Source: Mobula hypostoma
Lineage: Eukaryota
Assembly (NCBI RefSeq): GCF_963921235.1
Contig: NC_086097.1
Location: forward strand, 6,572,001-6,636,000
Length of the DNA: 64,000 nucleotides
Reading direction: 5' to 3'
Shown here: positions 50,821-64,000 of the stretch, piece after piece
Numbering within the stretch: position 1 is the stretch's first letter
Layout: every line of letters starts with the position of its first letter
Made by a program: the position numbers and the translations under genes
The notes under the pieces: generated by a model
The model's input: the letters and a program-made list of their open reading frames with translations, nothing else
Databases searched by the model: none
What the model was told of the DNA's origin: nothing

Positions 50821-53440
50821 CATGACATAACATAATGTTGCATAACCATTGAGCATGAGTAGGAGGAGAAACATCTTCCATTTAAACAAAAGCGCCTTCC
50901 TAGGGATAAGAGAGCTAAAGTCCAAAATACGTAAATCAGATATCTTCAGCTTGATATCTTGTCCTGCACAATACCGAATAGGGCCATCGGAGGATTAGGC
51001 TTAAAATTGACTTTGAAAAGTAAAGAAAAAGTCTGGAAAACTTCCAATATTTTTCACGACATGGACTAGTCCAAAACATATGAATTGATGAAGCTTCTCC
51101 ATTATTACGTCTGTCACAGTAGGGAGATATATCCAAATAAAAATGAGATAGCTTATCCTTAGTCATATGGACTATGTACCACCTTAAATTGTATGAAGGA
51201 ATGGCGAGTACATAGCGATGAAGTATTAACCAATTTAAAAATTTCATTCCAATTATCCTCAGATATTGATGTCTGTAAATCTTGTTCCCAGAGATTCTTA
51301 ATTTTGTCTAAAGGAACATTCCTCATCTCCAGTAATATACCATAAATATTAGATATTGAACCATTATGAAAAGGTGTCAAATTAAAAATTGTGCCTAGAA
51401 AGCTCTTATCTGAGCTTATAGAAAATGTGCATAATTAAGATCTTAGAAAGTCTCTGATTTGTAAATATCAAAAAAAGTGAGTTTTGGGTAGGCTATACTT
51501 AGCTGAAAATTTCTCAGATGAGAAAAGATTTCCTCCAACAAATAGACCGCAAAAACATTTAATACCCAACCTGCTCCATTCTTTAAAAACTAAATCAGTC
51601 ATAGAGGGTTTAAAAAAAATTAGAATAAATGGGACTAGAAAGGGAAAATCTCAATAAACCAAAATGTTTTCTAAATTGTATCCAGATCCTCAGAGTATGT
51701 TTAACTATTAAATTATGTTAGTTTATTTATAAATAAAGGAAGTGAGGTTCCAATAAGAGAAATAATAGGACATTTATTAACAAAGTTAACTTCTGAAGAA
51801 ACCCATACCGGACAGTCTACACAATTAATATACTATAGTCAAAACGTAGAGATATCGTATATTAACTGCCCAGTAATAAAACCTAAAATTAGGCAAGGCT
51901 AAACCTCCAGACCTTTTTAGGTTTTTGGAGATGAACTTTATTTAAACGAGGATGTTTATTTTTCCATATATAGGAGGATAAAATACATTCAAGAGAGTCA
52001 AAAAAGGATTTAGGAATAAAAATGGGAAAAGCCTGAAAAAGATATATAAATTTAGGTAGAATATTCATTTTAATAGAATTAATTCGTCCAATCAATGATA
52101 TTGAAAGAGGTGACCAATTTAATAATATCTTTTTACATGGTTCAATAAAGTAAGAAAGTTTTCTTTAAACAGGTATTTGTAATTCTTAGTGATTGTTACA
52201 CCCAAATAAGTAAATTGATTCCTCACAATTTTAAAAGGGAGATTAGTATTAATTGATACCAAATTATTTAAAGGAAATAATTCACTCTTATGCAGGTTCA
52301 ATTTATATCCTGAAAACTGGCTAAAATGGGAGAGTAAAGAAAGTACACAAGGTAATGAAATCTCAGCATTAGAGATCAAAAGCAATATATCATCAGTGTA
52401 AAGCGAGATTTCGTGGGTGATACCTCTCCTTAAAATACCACAGATACCATTAGATTCTCGAAAAGCGATAGCAAGGGGTTCTAACACTAAATCAAAAAGC
52501 AAAGGACTCAACAGACAGCCTTGTCTAGTTCCGCGCTGAAGTTTGAATGGTTCGGAACTTTGAAAATTAGTAAGTACTCGAGCAGAAGGAGATAAATAAA
52601 GTAGTTTAATCAATTGAATAAAATCTGGTCCAAAATTAAATTTTTCTAAGGTTTTAGATAAATAATTCCATTCAACCCCATCGAAGGCCTTCTCAGCATC
52701 TAAGGATATCACACATTCCGATATCTCCTGAGAAGGAGAGTAAATAACATTTAATACACGGCGTATATTAAAATGGGAATGTCAGTTTTTAATAAATCCA
52801 GTCTGGTCATCAGAAATAATAGAAGATAAAATATTTTCAATCTTACGAGCCAGCACTTTAGAAAGAATTTTAGTATCAACATTGAGTAACGAAATTGGCC
52901 TATATGAAGAGCATTCAGTCGGATCTTTGTTCTTTTTTAGGATAAGCGAAATAGAAGCTTCATAAAAAGATTGAGGCAAACTACCCAATTTGAAAGAACC
53001 AAAAAGACTAAGTGTAACTGCGGTATAATTAATGAAGAAAAAGCCTTATAGAATTCTCCAGAAAATCCATCTGGACCCAGAGCCTTCCCCAAGTGTAATG
53101 AACATACAGCCTTGGCGATTTCCTCATAAGAAATGGGTTGATCCACCTGTTTGCTGTTGTCTGCAGAAAGTGCAGGGATATTTAATTGAGCTAGAAAATT
53201 ATTCATTACAGTATTATCTCTAGGGGAATCAGAACTATAAAGTTTATAATAGAATTCTCTAAAGGTATCATTTATTTCAGAGTAATCAGTTGCCCTATCA
53301 CCATTAGTTTTGCAAATTTCTTTAATTTGTTGTTTAACTACAGAAGTATTTAATTGGTTGGCCAATACTTTGCCTAATTTATCTCCATGAATGTAAAATT
53401 GAGTTTTATCTTTCAGAAGTGGAGTTTCAATTGGATATTT

Positions 53441-54055
53441 TGTCACATGATCAGCAACAATGAATATATAATTGTCAAGTTTTATAAACAAACTTAAACA
53501 TTTATTAAACTCTGCTCAACAATAGCAAAAAGTATTCAAACGACTAACTTAACCGGAAGTTAACTGCTATACAGCAACTCTGGAACAGTTCTTAAAGTGG
53601 TAAATTTGAACACAGTTCTTAAAGTGGCAAATTCAAACACAATTCTTAAAATGGTAAATTCGACAGTCCAAGTGATTTACACAGTCACTAAGGAGAGACT
53701 TCTCTGGAAACGGATTTCTTCGAAGACATGACGTTACTGCTGATTCTCCAAAGCATTCACGATGAAGGAAATAAAACGGCTTAAAGGAACTGACCTTTTC
53801 CTGGCGAATGAACACTGCAAAAAACCTTCCTGATCTTACATGGGCTACCTCAGATGGAGGTCACTATTTTTGAAAGAAGATTCAATAAGGTCGTTCCTGT
53901 ATTAAACTGTTGAACGACAACAACTCTACTCGATTGGGTTCCCGTACTTCAGTAAGGTCTTCACTCTCCAATACTAGACTTACAATAGAAAGTAAAACTC
54001 CACTTTAAAACAAAACTGCGTCATGAGACGAACACTTTATGTTGGACATAAGGAA
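53441..54055 (-). mobile_element. LTR-like insertion in L1 with 27-bp tandem units
   Basis: Starts tgtcac; three units acagttcttaaagtggtaaatttgaac at 53585-53662; far end undefined. Confidence 0.5.
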
Positions 54056-54264
54056 GTGTATTATCTATAAGAATCAAAACTCCTCTAGATTTGGCCTATA
54101 AAGAAGAGTGAAAATAAAGTTCATTCCAGAGGCTGAAAAAACATAGATTATCACATTTGCGTATGTGAGTTTCTTGTAAAAAAAAATAGGGACCTTAAAT
54201 TTCTTAATATAAGCAAAAATCTTATTACATTTAACAGGGTGATTTAACCCTTTCACAATAATTT

Positions 54265-54950
54265 TTAAGACATACAACGTGGAACAGGCCCTTCCAGCTC
54301 AATGAATCGCTCAGTCCAACAGCCCACTGATTTCATTGCTTCATTATGTGCCGAGTTGATCATGGTCTTGCCATGACCATGATTGTTCATGACAAATTTT
54401 TCTACAGAAGTGGTTTGCCATTGTCTTCTTCTGGGTAGTGTCTTCAGAAGACGGGTGATCCCAGCTATTAGCAATACTCTTCTACCCTTCGCAGATTGTA
54501 TGCCTGGTGTCAGTGGTTGCATAACCGGGACTTGTGATATGCACTGGCTGCTCATATGACCGTCCACCACTTTCTCCCATGGCTTCACATGACCCTGATT
54601 TGGGGAGGGGAAGGGACAAGGTCTAAGCAGGTGCTACACCAAGCCCAAGGGCGACCTATAGTCTAGCAGAGGGAAGGGGATCCTTACACCTCCTTTGGTA
54701 GAGTTGTATCTCTACTACCTTCCATCTATTTAATCATAGCCTAATCACAGGACGTTATAATGCCCAACTAACCTATTAACCAGTAAAGTCTTTGGACTGT
54801 GATAGGAAACCGGAGCACCTGAAAGAAAACACGCATGCTCTCAGGAAAGACGTACAAACTTCTTCCAAATGGTGCCAGAATCGAACTCCGAACTCCAAAG
54901 CTCCAAGCTGTAATTTGCGTCATGCAAACCACTACGCTGCCATGGCGCCC
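54265..54950 (-). mobile_element. V-SINE interrupted by an RTE-derived short element (54333-54725)
   Basis: Insert carries minus-strand gaagacaatggcaaaccac, resembling the RTE/BovB 5' motif seen in Bov-A and Sauria-type SINEs. Confidence 0.75.
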
Positions 54951-55074
54951 CTATCCTGATCACGGTCATACAGCTTGCAAACTAATGTTTCCACTCAATG
55001 TAGAAACAGCTCATGTCTCATCTCTCAACCAAGAAATTCTTCAAGAGCACAGCAATGGTAGGTTTTCAGCCCGG

Positions 55075-56975
55075 GGCTACCTATTGAGGAATATATAAAG
55101 AAGGGGCTGAGAAGAGCGAGAAGGGGGCATGAGAAGGCCTTGGCGAGTAGGGTAAAGGAAAACCCCAAGGCATTCTTCAATTATGTGAAGAACAAAAGGA
55201 TGACAGGAGGTAAGGTAGAACTGATTAGAGATAAGGGAGGGAAGATGTGCCTGGAGGCTGTGGAAGTGAGCGAGGTCCTCAATGAATACTCCTCTTCGGT
55301 ATTCACCAATGAGAGGGAACTGGATGACGGTGAGAACAATATGAGTGAGGTTGATGTTCTGGAGCATGTTGATATTAAGGGAAAGGAGGTGTTAGAGTTG
55401 CTAAAATACATTAGGATGGATAAGTCCCGGGGGCCTGACGGAATATTCCCTAGGCTGCTCCACGAGGCGAGGGAGAGATTGCTGAGCCTCTGGTTAGGAT
55501 CTTTGTCCTCATTGTCTACGGGAATGGTACCGGAGGATTGGAGGGAGGTGAATGTTGTCCCCTTGTTCAAAAAAGGTAGTAAGGATAGTCCGGGTAATTA
55601 TAGACCAGTGAGCCTTACGTATGTGGTGGGAAAGCTGGTGGGAAAGCTGTTGGAAAAGATTCTTAGAGATAGGATCTATGGTCATTTAGAGAATTATGGT
55701 CTGATCAGGGACAGTCAGCATGGCTTTGTGAAGGGCAGATCATGTCTAACAAGCCTGATAGAGTTCTTTGAGGAGGTGACCAGGCATATAGATGAGGGTA
55801 GTGCAGTGGATGTGATCTGTATGGATTTTAGTAAGGCATTTGACAAGGTTCCACACGGTAGGCTTATTCAGAAAGTCAAGGCATGGGATCCGAGGATGCT
55901 TGGCCAGGTGGATTCAGAATTGGCTTGCCTGTAGAAGGCAGAGGGTCATGGTGGAGGGAGTACATTTGGATTGGAGGATTGTGACCAGTGGTGTCCCACA
56001 AGGATCAGTTCTGGGACCTCTACTTTTCATGATTTTTATTGATGACCTGGATGTGGGGGTAGAAGGGTGGGTTGGCAAATTTGCAGACAACACAAAGGTT
56101 GGTGGTATTGTAGATTGTGTAGAGGATTGTCGAAGATTGCAGAGAGACATTAATAGGTTGCAGAAGTGGGCTGAGAAGTGGCAGATGGAGTTCAACCCAG
56201 AGAAGTGTGACGTAGTACATTTTGGAAGGACAAACTCCAAGGCAGAGTACAAAGTAAATGGCAGGATACTTGGTAGTGTGGAGGAGCAGAGGGATCTGGG
56301 GGTACATGTCCACAGATCACTGAAAGTTGTCTCACAGGTAGATAGGGTAGTTAAGAAAGTTTATGAGGTGTTAGCTTTCATAAGTCAGGGGATAGAGTTT
56401 AAGAGTCGCGGGTAATGATGCAGCTCTATAAAACTCTGGTTAGGCCACACTTGGAGTACTGTGTCCAGTTCTGGTTGCCTCACTATAGGAAGGATGTGGA
56501 AGCATTGGAAAGGGTACAGAGGAGATTTACCAGGATGCTGCCTGGTTTAGAAAGTATGCATTATGATCAGAGATTAAGGGAGCTAGGGCTTTACTCTTTG
56601 GAGAGTAGGAGGATGAGAGGAGACATGATAGAGGTATACAGAATATTAAGAGGAATAGATACAGTGGATAGCCAGCGCCTCTTTCCCAGGGCACCACTGC
56701 TCAATACAAGGGGACATGGCTTTAAGATAAGGGGTAGCAAGTTCAAGGGGGATATTAGAGGAAGGTTTTTTACTCAGAGAGTAGTTGGTGCATGTAATAC
56801 ACTGCCAGAGTCAGTGGTGGAGGCAGATACACTAGTGAAATTTAAGAGACTACTAGACAGGTATATGGAGGAATTTAAGCTGGGGTTTATTTGGGAGGCA
56901 GGGTTTGAGGGTCAGCCAACAATATGGGCCGAAGGGCCTGTACTGTGCTGTACTATTTTATGTTCTATGTTCTAT
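55075..56975 (+). mobile_element. Best-preserved CR1 ORF2 3' portion
   Basis: Three long ORFs (264, 191, 200 aa) cover RT to C-terminus with few frameshifts; FADN replaces FADD; (ttctatg)n tail. Confidence 0.95.
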
Positions 56976-57150
56976 GTAAACATTCAGAACCCAGGGTTTA
57001 ATTTTCAACATTGCTAGCAAACCATTTATTTTAGAATTTCACCAGCCAGAGGGTGGTGAATCTGTGGAATTAATTACCACAGATGACTGTGGAGGTTCAG
57101 TCATTGGGTACTTTACAGTGGAGGTTGATAGGTAAAGGTGTCAAAGATTA

Positions 57151-57535
57151 CACTGCGCAACAAAGGTTTTGCTTTCCAAATACTTTTGGGCATATCATGG
57201 AATTGGGGCAGCTGATCATGAAAAATCACCATGAAATTTCCCTATCACACCTGTATTTGTTAGTTCAATTCATAATTTAAGTCAGAATAACTGATGCCAA
57301 GATTAAGGAAGTCATGTCTGTTGGTCCACAAATTGAACAAGTCATCAATGCCACGCAATTCAAAGGACTTCTCGTGGGACCCGGGGAAAATTGCATGAAG
57401 GGCCTTCAAGGATGTTGTTGAAAGTTTTCTTGGCAACTACAGGGCACCAAACTACATGTAGTTGATTGACAACAGGTTTCAAGTTGACAAAATCATGAAA
57501 TACAGCATGTCACTAAAGATTCATTTTCCGCATTC
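57151..57535 (+). mobile_element. Chapaev3-like element, 5' part
   Basis: tta-CACTGCGCAACAAAG terminus; collinear with 27110-27720 (-). Confidence 0.65.
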
Positions 57536-57865
57536 ACACAAAATGCTGGAATAATTCAGCAGATATGAAGGGAAATATATAGCTGAACTTTCTTCAAGAC
57601 TGGAAAGGAAGGGAGAAGAAGCGGGAATCAGAGGAGGGAGCAGAGAAAGGAGGACACGCTGCAAGGTGATAAAGCCAGGAGGGTGTGGGAGTGGAGATGA
57701 AGTAAGAAGCTGGGAGGTGATAGGCGGAAAGGCAAAGGGATGCAGGAGAAAGAATCTAGTAGGAAAGGAGAGTGGACCATGGAATAAAGGAAAGGAGAAG
57801 AAGCACCAAGAAGTTATAAGCAAGTGAGGAGAAGAGGTAAGAGGCCAGAGTAGGGAGTAGAAGTG
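57535..57865 (-). mobile_element. Penelope pseudo-LTR/UTR fragment
   Basis: acacaaaatgctgga start and purine-rich body like 10073-10500; hammerhead region deleted. Confidence 0.7.
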
Positions 57866-58309
57866 AGGGACATTCCCGTCAATGCTTCTTTCATTATGAA
57901 ATCTCTTTATAGGCTGGTAGAACGGCACTTTCAGGATGATACGATAATATTGTGATGTTACCTGCCAGCAATTTTTAACACTGAATTCCTGGAGCACGTG
58001 AATTCCTTTGTTTACACATTGCAGACAGGCAATTGCCCTGGTAGGATGATATCTCTGGGAGCTGCCTGCTTTGAAGTATACAATATTCAGTTATTATATT
58101 TGGTTTCTTTCAGTTATCAACAGAGCTGATGTAAGAAATGCCATGCTAGCTTCATAAATAACCAGCAGCCCTTTATTTACTCTAATATAATTCCTATCAA
58201 GCTTTTCCTCCAGTTTATTGCTATTAAAATGGAGCATAAGCAAAAACAGTGTGGGAAGCAGCACTCCTACATTCAATCTGGTCCTTCACTCTGTCCTGAC
58301 AATTAGAAA

Positions 58310-58630
58310 GAACTAAGACAATAAGAACATAATACATAGGAACAGTATTAGGCCATTTGGCCTGTCGAGTCTGCTCCACCATTCTATCATGTCTGATTAT
58401 TTATCTCTCTCAGCCCCGTTCTCCTGCTTTCTCCCTGTAATCTTTGACACCCAGACTAATCAAGAACCTAGGAACCTCTGCTTTAAGTATACTCAATGAC
58501 TTGGCCTCCGCAGCCATGCATGGCAATGAATTCCACAGATTCAACACCCCCGGTTAAAAAAAAATCCTTCCCATCCCTGTTCTAAAGTCTGTCTCTCTAA
58601 GCTGAGGTTGCGCTTTCTAGTCCCAGACTG
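58310..58630 (-). mobile_element. CR1 3' tail
   Basis: Reverse complement CR1 tail. Confidence 0.8.
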
Positions 58631-58802
58631 CATTTAAAGATGTCTAAAGGAGCCCTTGAATTGGCTAGGCACTGTCCCTGGGCCAGATGCTGCTAGAAGG
58701 TGCGTTTTGCTTGGCAGTGATATGATGCTTCAAATGGCCTGTTACCATCCTGTGTAACCCTATGACTTTTTAGGATTAAAATGTACAATTGTTATTTTCT
58801 TT

Positions 58803-59470
58803 CTGCTGCACAGATTGACTCTGTGGTTAAGAAGGCCTACAGTGCATTGTCCCTCATCAATCATGGCATTGAGTTTAGGAACCGGGAGGTAATATTGCAG
58901 CTATATAGGACCCTGGTCAGACTGCACTTGGAGTGCTGTGCTCAATTCTGGTCGCCTCACTACAGGAAGGATGTGGAAACTATAGAACGGGTGCAGGGGA
59001 GATTTACAAGGATGTTGCCTGGATTGGGAAGCATGCCTTATGAGAATAGGTTGAGTGAACTCTGCCTTTTCTCCTTGGAGCGATGGAGGATGAGAGGTGA
59101 CCTGATAGAAGTGTATAAGATGATGAGAGTCATTAATCGTGTCGATAGTCGGAGGCTTTTTCCCAGGACTGAAATGGCTAGCATGAGAGAGCACAGTTTT
59201 AAGGTGGTTGGAGGTAGGTACAGAGGAGATGTCAGGAGTAAGTTTTTTATGCAGAGAGTGGTGAGTGTGTGGAATAGGCTGCTGGCGACGGTGGTGGAAG
59301 CGGATGCGATGGTGTCTCTAAAGAGACTCCTGGACAGGTACATGGAGCTCAGAAAAATAGAGGGCTGTGAGTAACCTTAGGTAATTTCTAAGGTAAGGAC
59401 ATGTTCAGCACAGCTTGTGGGCTAAAGGGCCTGTATTATGTTGTAGGTTTTCCATGTTTCTATGTTTCTA
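58803..59470 (+). mobile_element. CR1 3' fragment, same subfamily as 28020-30195
   Basis: ORF 58781..59374 and tail are highly similar to 28020-28680 (-). Confidence 0.9.
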
Positions 59471-61439
59471 TAACTTTTATGCCTGCTTGTATTTTAAATA
59501 ACTATTTATAGTATATACATGTAACTGCTTAGCAGGTTTCCTAATGGTTGCACTTCTTTGCATGATTCTGGAAACTTCCTTGATGTCATATTATTTGAAT
59601 AAGGGCTGTCTGCGTGGTTAACTTATCTACAAATTTGAATGGAATGTTTCCTGTCTATGGGGTATATAAAAACTGAACACGTTGCCCTGCCATCTTTTGT
59701 CTTTTCTGTTTGTTGTTCTTAGCTACAACCTTTTTGCAACTTTGTGTTCCGGATTCTCTTTGTTCTGCTGTCTGTGTGGAAGACAAATCTCAGCATTGTA
59801 TACTGCATACATACTTTGATAATAAATGTACTTTGAACTTTGAAAACATATTCTACATTATCCAGCTGTCATACCCAACTCTGATCGTCAGGATCAGAAT
59901 CAGGTTTATGACCACTGCCGTATGTCAGGAAATTTGTTGTTTGAGGGGAAGAAGCTGTTGCTGATTCGCTGAGTGTGGGCCTTCTGGCTTCTGTACCTCC
60001 TTCCTGATGGTAGCAATGACAAGAGGACTGTGGTACCTGACCATTATGATGAAGATTGTTAGGATGGGAAACAGCTTCTTTTCCCAGGCCGTGAGACTAC
60101 TCAACTCCCCATCAGCACGTAGGTCTCATCATGCATGAAACGTCAGTAGTGTTATACTGTTGACTTTTTAACTTGTGTTGTAATTCATCTTATTATGTGT
60201 TAATTATTTGTAGCAATATCACTTTTTGTGTTGTGTGTATGAGAGTTTCTGTACTGTGCAAAACTTCAGGCATAAGTATATAGCTAGTATGCCTAAGACT
60301 TCTGCACAGTACTGTAGTAATTGTATGTCCTATGAGGAAGCAGTGTGCAAGTGGCAAAATCCGCAAGAGCAAGCGCGGCTTGAAGATCCACCAAGCGAGG
60401 ATGAAGTGTCTGGCGGGAGCAGGAGCAGCACAACAGACAGGTGTCCAAACTGGTGAGACGAAGGAGGGGCCAGGCCCGGAGTCACCCCATAGTGCCCGGA
60501 ACCTCCAAGTGTTGCAAAGCTAATCCCTCTAACATCAAGTCTAACAGGAGGCGGATCAAGTGGCCTGCAGCTAACATGACTTCACTATGGAAGCAGTTTG
60601 ATGAAGATGACAACCAAATTCTGGAGGCAACAGCGAAGGGGGAGGTCGATAGGAAGCTGCAAGCCATGACAACAATCATTGTCAGCATCACAGCTGAACA
60701 GGTCGGAGAAGGGGAGAAGGAAGGCTCCCAAACACCTTACTTGAAGAACCAAAGATCATTAAGGATCCACAACATCAAGCAGGAGATGAAAGCGCTGAAG
60801 TCCCAATACAAGGAGGTAGGAGAAGAGGAGCGCATTGGCTTGGCTCAGCTGATGCGCATACTACGAAAGAAGATCAGGGTCCTCCACCGGGCAGAGTGGC
60901 ATCGGAGGTGGCGTCATGAAAGGGCCCAAAAACATGCTGCCTTTATTGCCAACCCCTTAAAGTTCACCAAGGAGTTGCTGGGGCAGAAGCACAGTGGGAT
61001 ACTGGCCTGTTCGCAGGAAGATATAGACCAACATCTGAAGAACATATATAATGATCCTGAAAGAGAGCAGGAGTTGCAAGAGTGCAACATTTTAATAGAC
61101 CCCCCCTGAACCAGATGTGCAGTTCGACATGTCAGAGCTGCAGCTAAAGGAAGTCAGAGTGTTCGTCCACAAAGCTCCAGGACCAAGCAGCACGTCGTAC
61201 AAAGTGTACAAGAACTGCCCCAAACTCCTGCTGCATCTGTGAAAGATCCTGAGAATCTTCTGGAGAAGGGGAAAGATCCCAGAACAGTGGACAGTGGCTG
61301 AAGGAGTGTGGATCCCGAAGGAGGAAAACGCCACCCAGATAGATCAGTGCCGCATCAACTCTCTGCTGCGTGTCAAGGCGAAGATCTTCTTCAGTGCCAT
61401 TTCCAATTGGCTGTGCACCTACCTAGCAAAGAACACCTA

Positions 61440-63103
<1,664 letters not shown>

Positions 63104-64000
63104 TATATTGATACATCAGTCCAGAAGACTGGCATTTCAGGGGTGTCGGGCTGTCTGGAAAATACTGGTGTGGTGACACAGCTCATCAGGGAGGCTAGAG
63201 AGAACAAAGGCAACCTGTCAGTGTTGTGGCTTGACCTGGCAAATGCATATGGCTCCATTCCGCACACGCTGGTGCAGCTCACACTGACCAAACATCACAT
63301 CCCCAGCAGAATCAGAGACCTTATCACTGATTATTACAGCAACTTCAGGATGAGGGTCTCTTTAGGAGCAAATACATCAACCTAGCTCAAGTTGGAAATT
63401 GGCATCATCACAGGGTGCACTATCTCAGTGACACTGTTCTCCTTAGCCATGAACACGCTCACTAAGTCTGCTGAACCAGAGTGCAGAGGGCCCAGAATGA
63501 ATTCTGCTCAACGGAAACCACCTATCAGGGCATTCATGGATGACCTCACAGTCACCACAGAATCAGTCCCGGGCTGCAGGAGGATTCTGCAAGGGCTTGA
63601 AAAGCTGGTGGAGTGGGCCCGGATGTGTTTCAAACCAGCCAAATCAAGATCGATGGTGCAGAGGAAAGGGAAGGTGGAGAACAAGTTCTGGTTCAGCATC
63701 ACAGGCACAGCCATCCCAACCATCACAGAAAAGCCAGTCAAGAGCTTAGACAAAGTTTTTGACAGCTCTTTAAGGGACATGACATCTATTCAGGCGATCT
63801 GCATCAAGTTGGATGGCTGGCTGAAATCTGTGGACAAGTCTGGCCTACCTGGGAAGTTTAAAGCCTGGGTGTGTCAGCATGGCATTCTTCCCAGAATCCT
63901 GTGGCCCCTCCTCGTCTATGCAGTTCCAATCTCGACAGTTGAAACCTTAGAGAGGAGGGTTAGCAACCACCTCAGGAGATGGCTGGGGCTGCCAAAGAGC

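Larger units (their letters stand above)
49870..54265 (-). mobile_element. L1-clade LINE ORF2, decayed
   Basis: Endonuclease start near 54265, SYRPISLLNVDTKIL, SLDAEKAFD, RGTRQGCLLSPLLF, LYTDD, CDR...IHMFW, polyA signal near 49890. Confidence 0.92.

Noticed and set aside
53585..53662. 27-bp repeats resembling a CRISPR array
   Set aside because: Head-to-tail with no spacers, eukaryotic context, no cas genes.
55140..57017. Functional reverse transcriptase gene
   Set aside because: 5'-truncated, frameshifted, and the catalytic DD reads DN.

Overview
Eukaryotic, repeat-saturated DNA with no host exon that I can recognise, so probably a large intron or intergenic region. The repeat set (HER1-like CR1 LINEs, HE1/V-type tRNA SINEs, many Penelope pseudo-LTR fragments) suggests a cartilaginous fish, probably a ray; this is inference. 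Nearly all ORFs are decayed transposon fragments or their antisense shadows: CR1, Rex1/Babar, L1, L2, Hero/R2-group, RTE-derived short elements, Penelope-like elements, hAT-Charlie, Chapaev-like, Tc1/Sleeping Beauty-like and solo LTRs. Highlights: (1) a TA-flanked Sleeping Beauty-like element built from two right ends, inserted in a Hero-type LINE whose reading frame is restored on removal; (2) at least seven Penelope-type minimal hammerhead ribozyme motifs, including a 161-bp inverted mini-element with a 15-bp TSD; (3) a tRNA-headed SINE sharing its 3' half with a headless element; (4) multi-layer nests that give relative TE ages. I cannot claim a wholly new biological system. Boundaries without a stated TSD or TIR are approximate.
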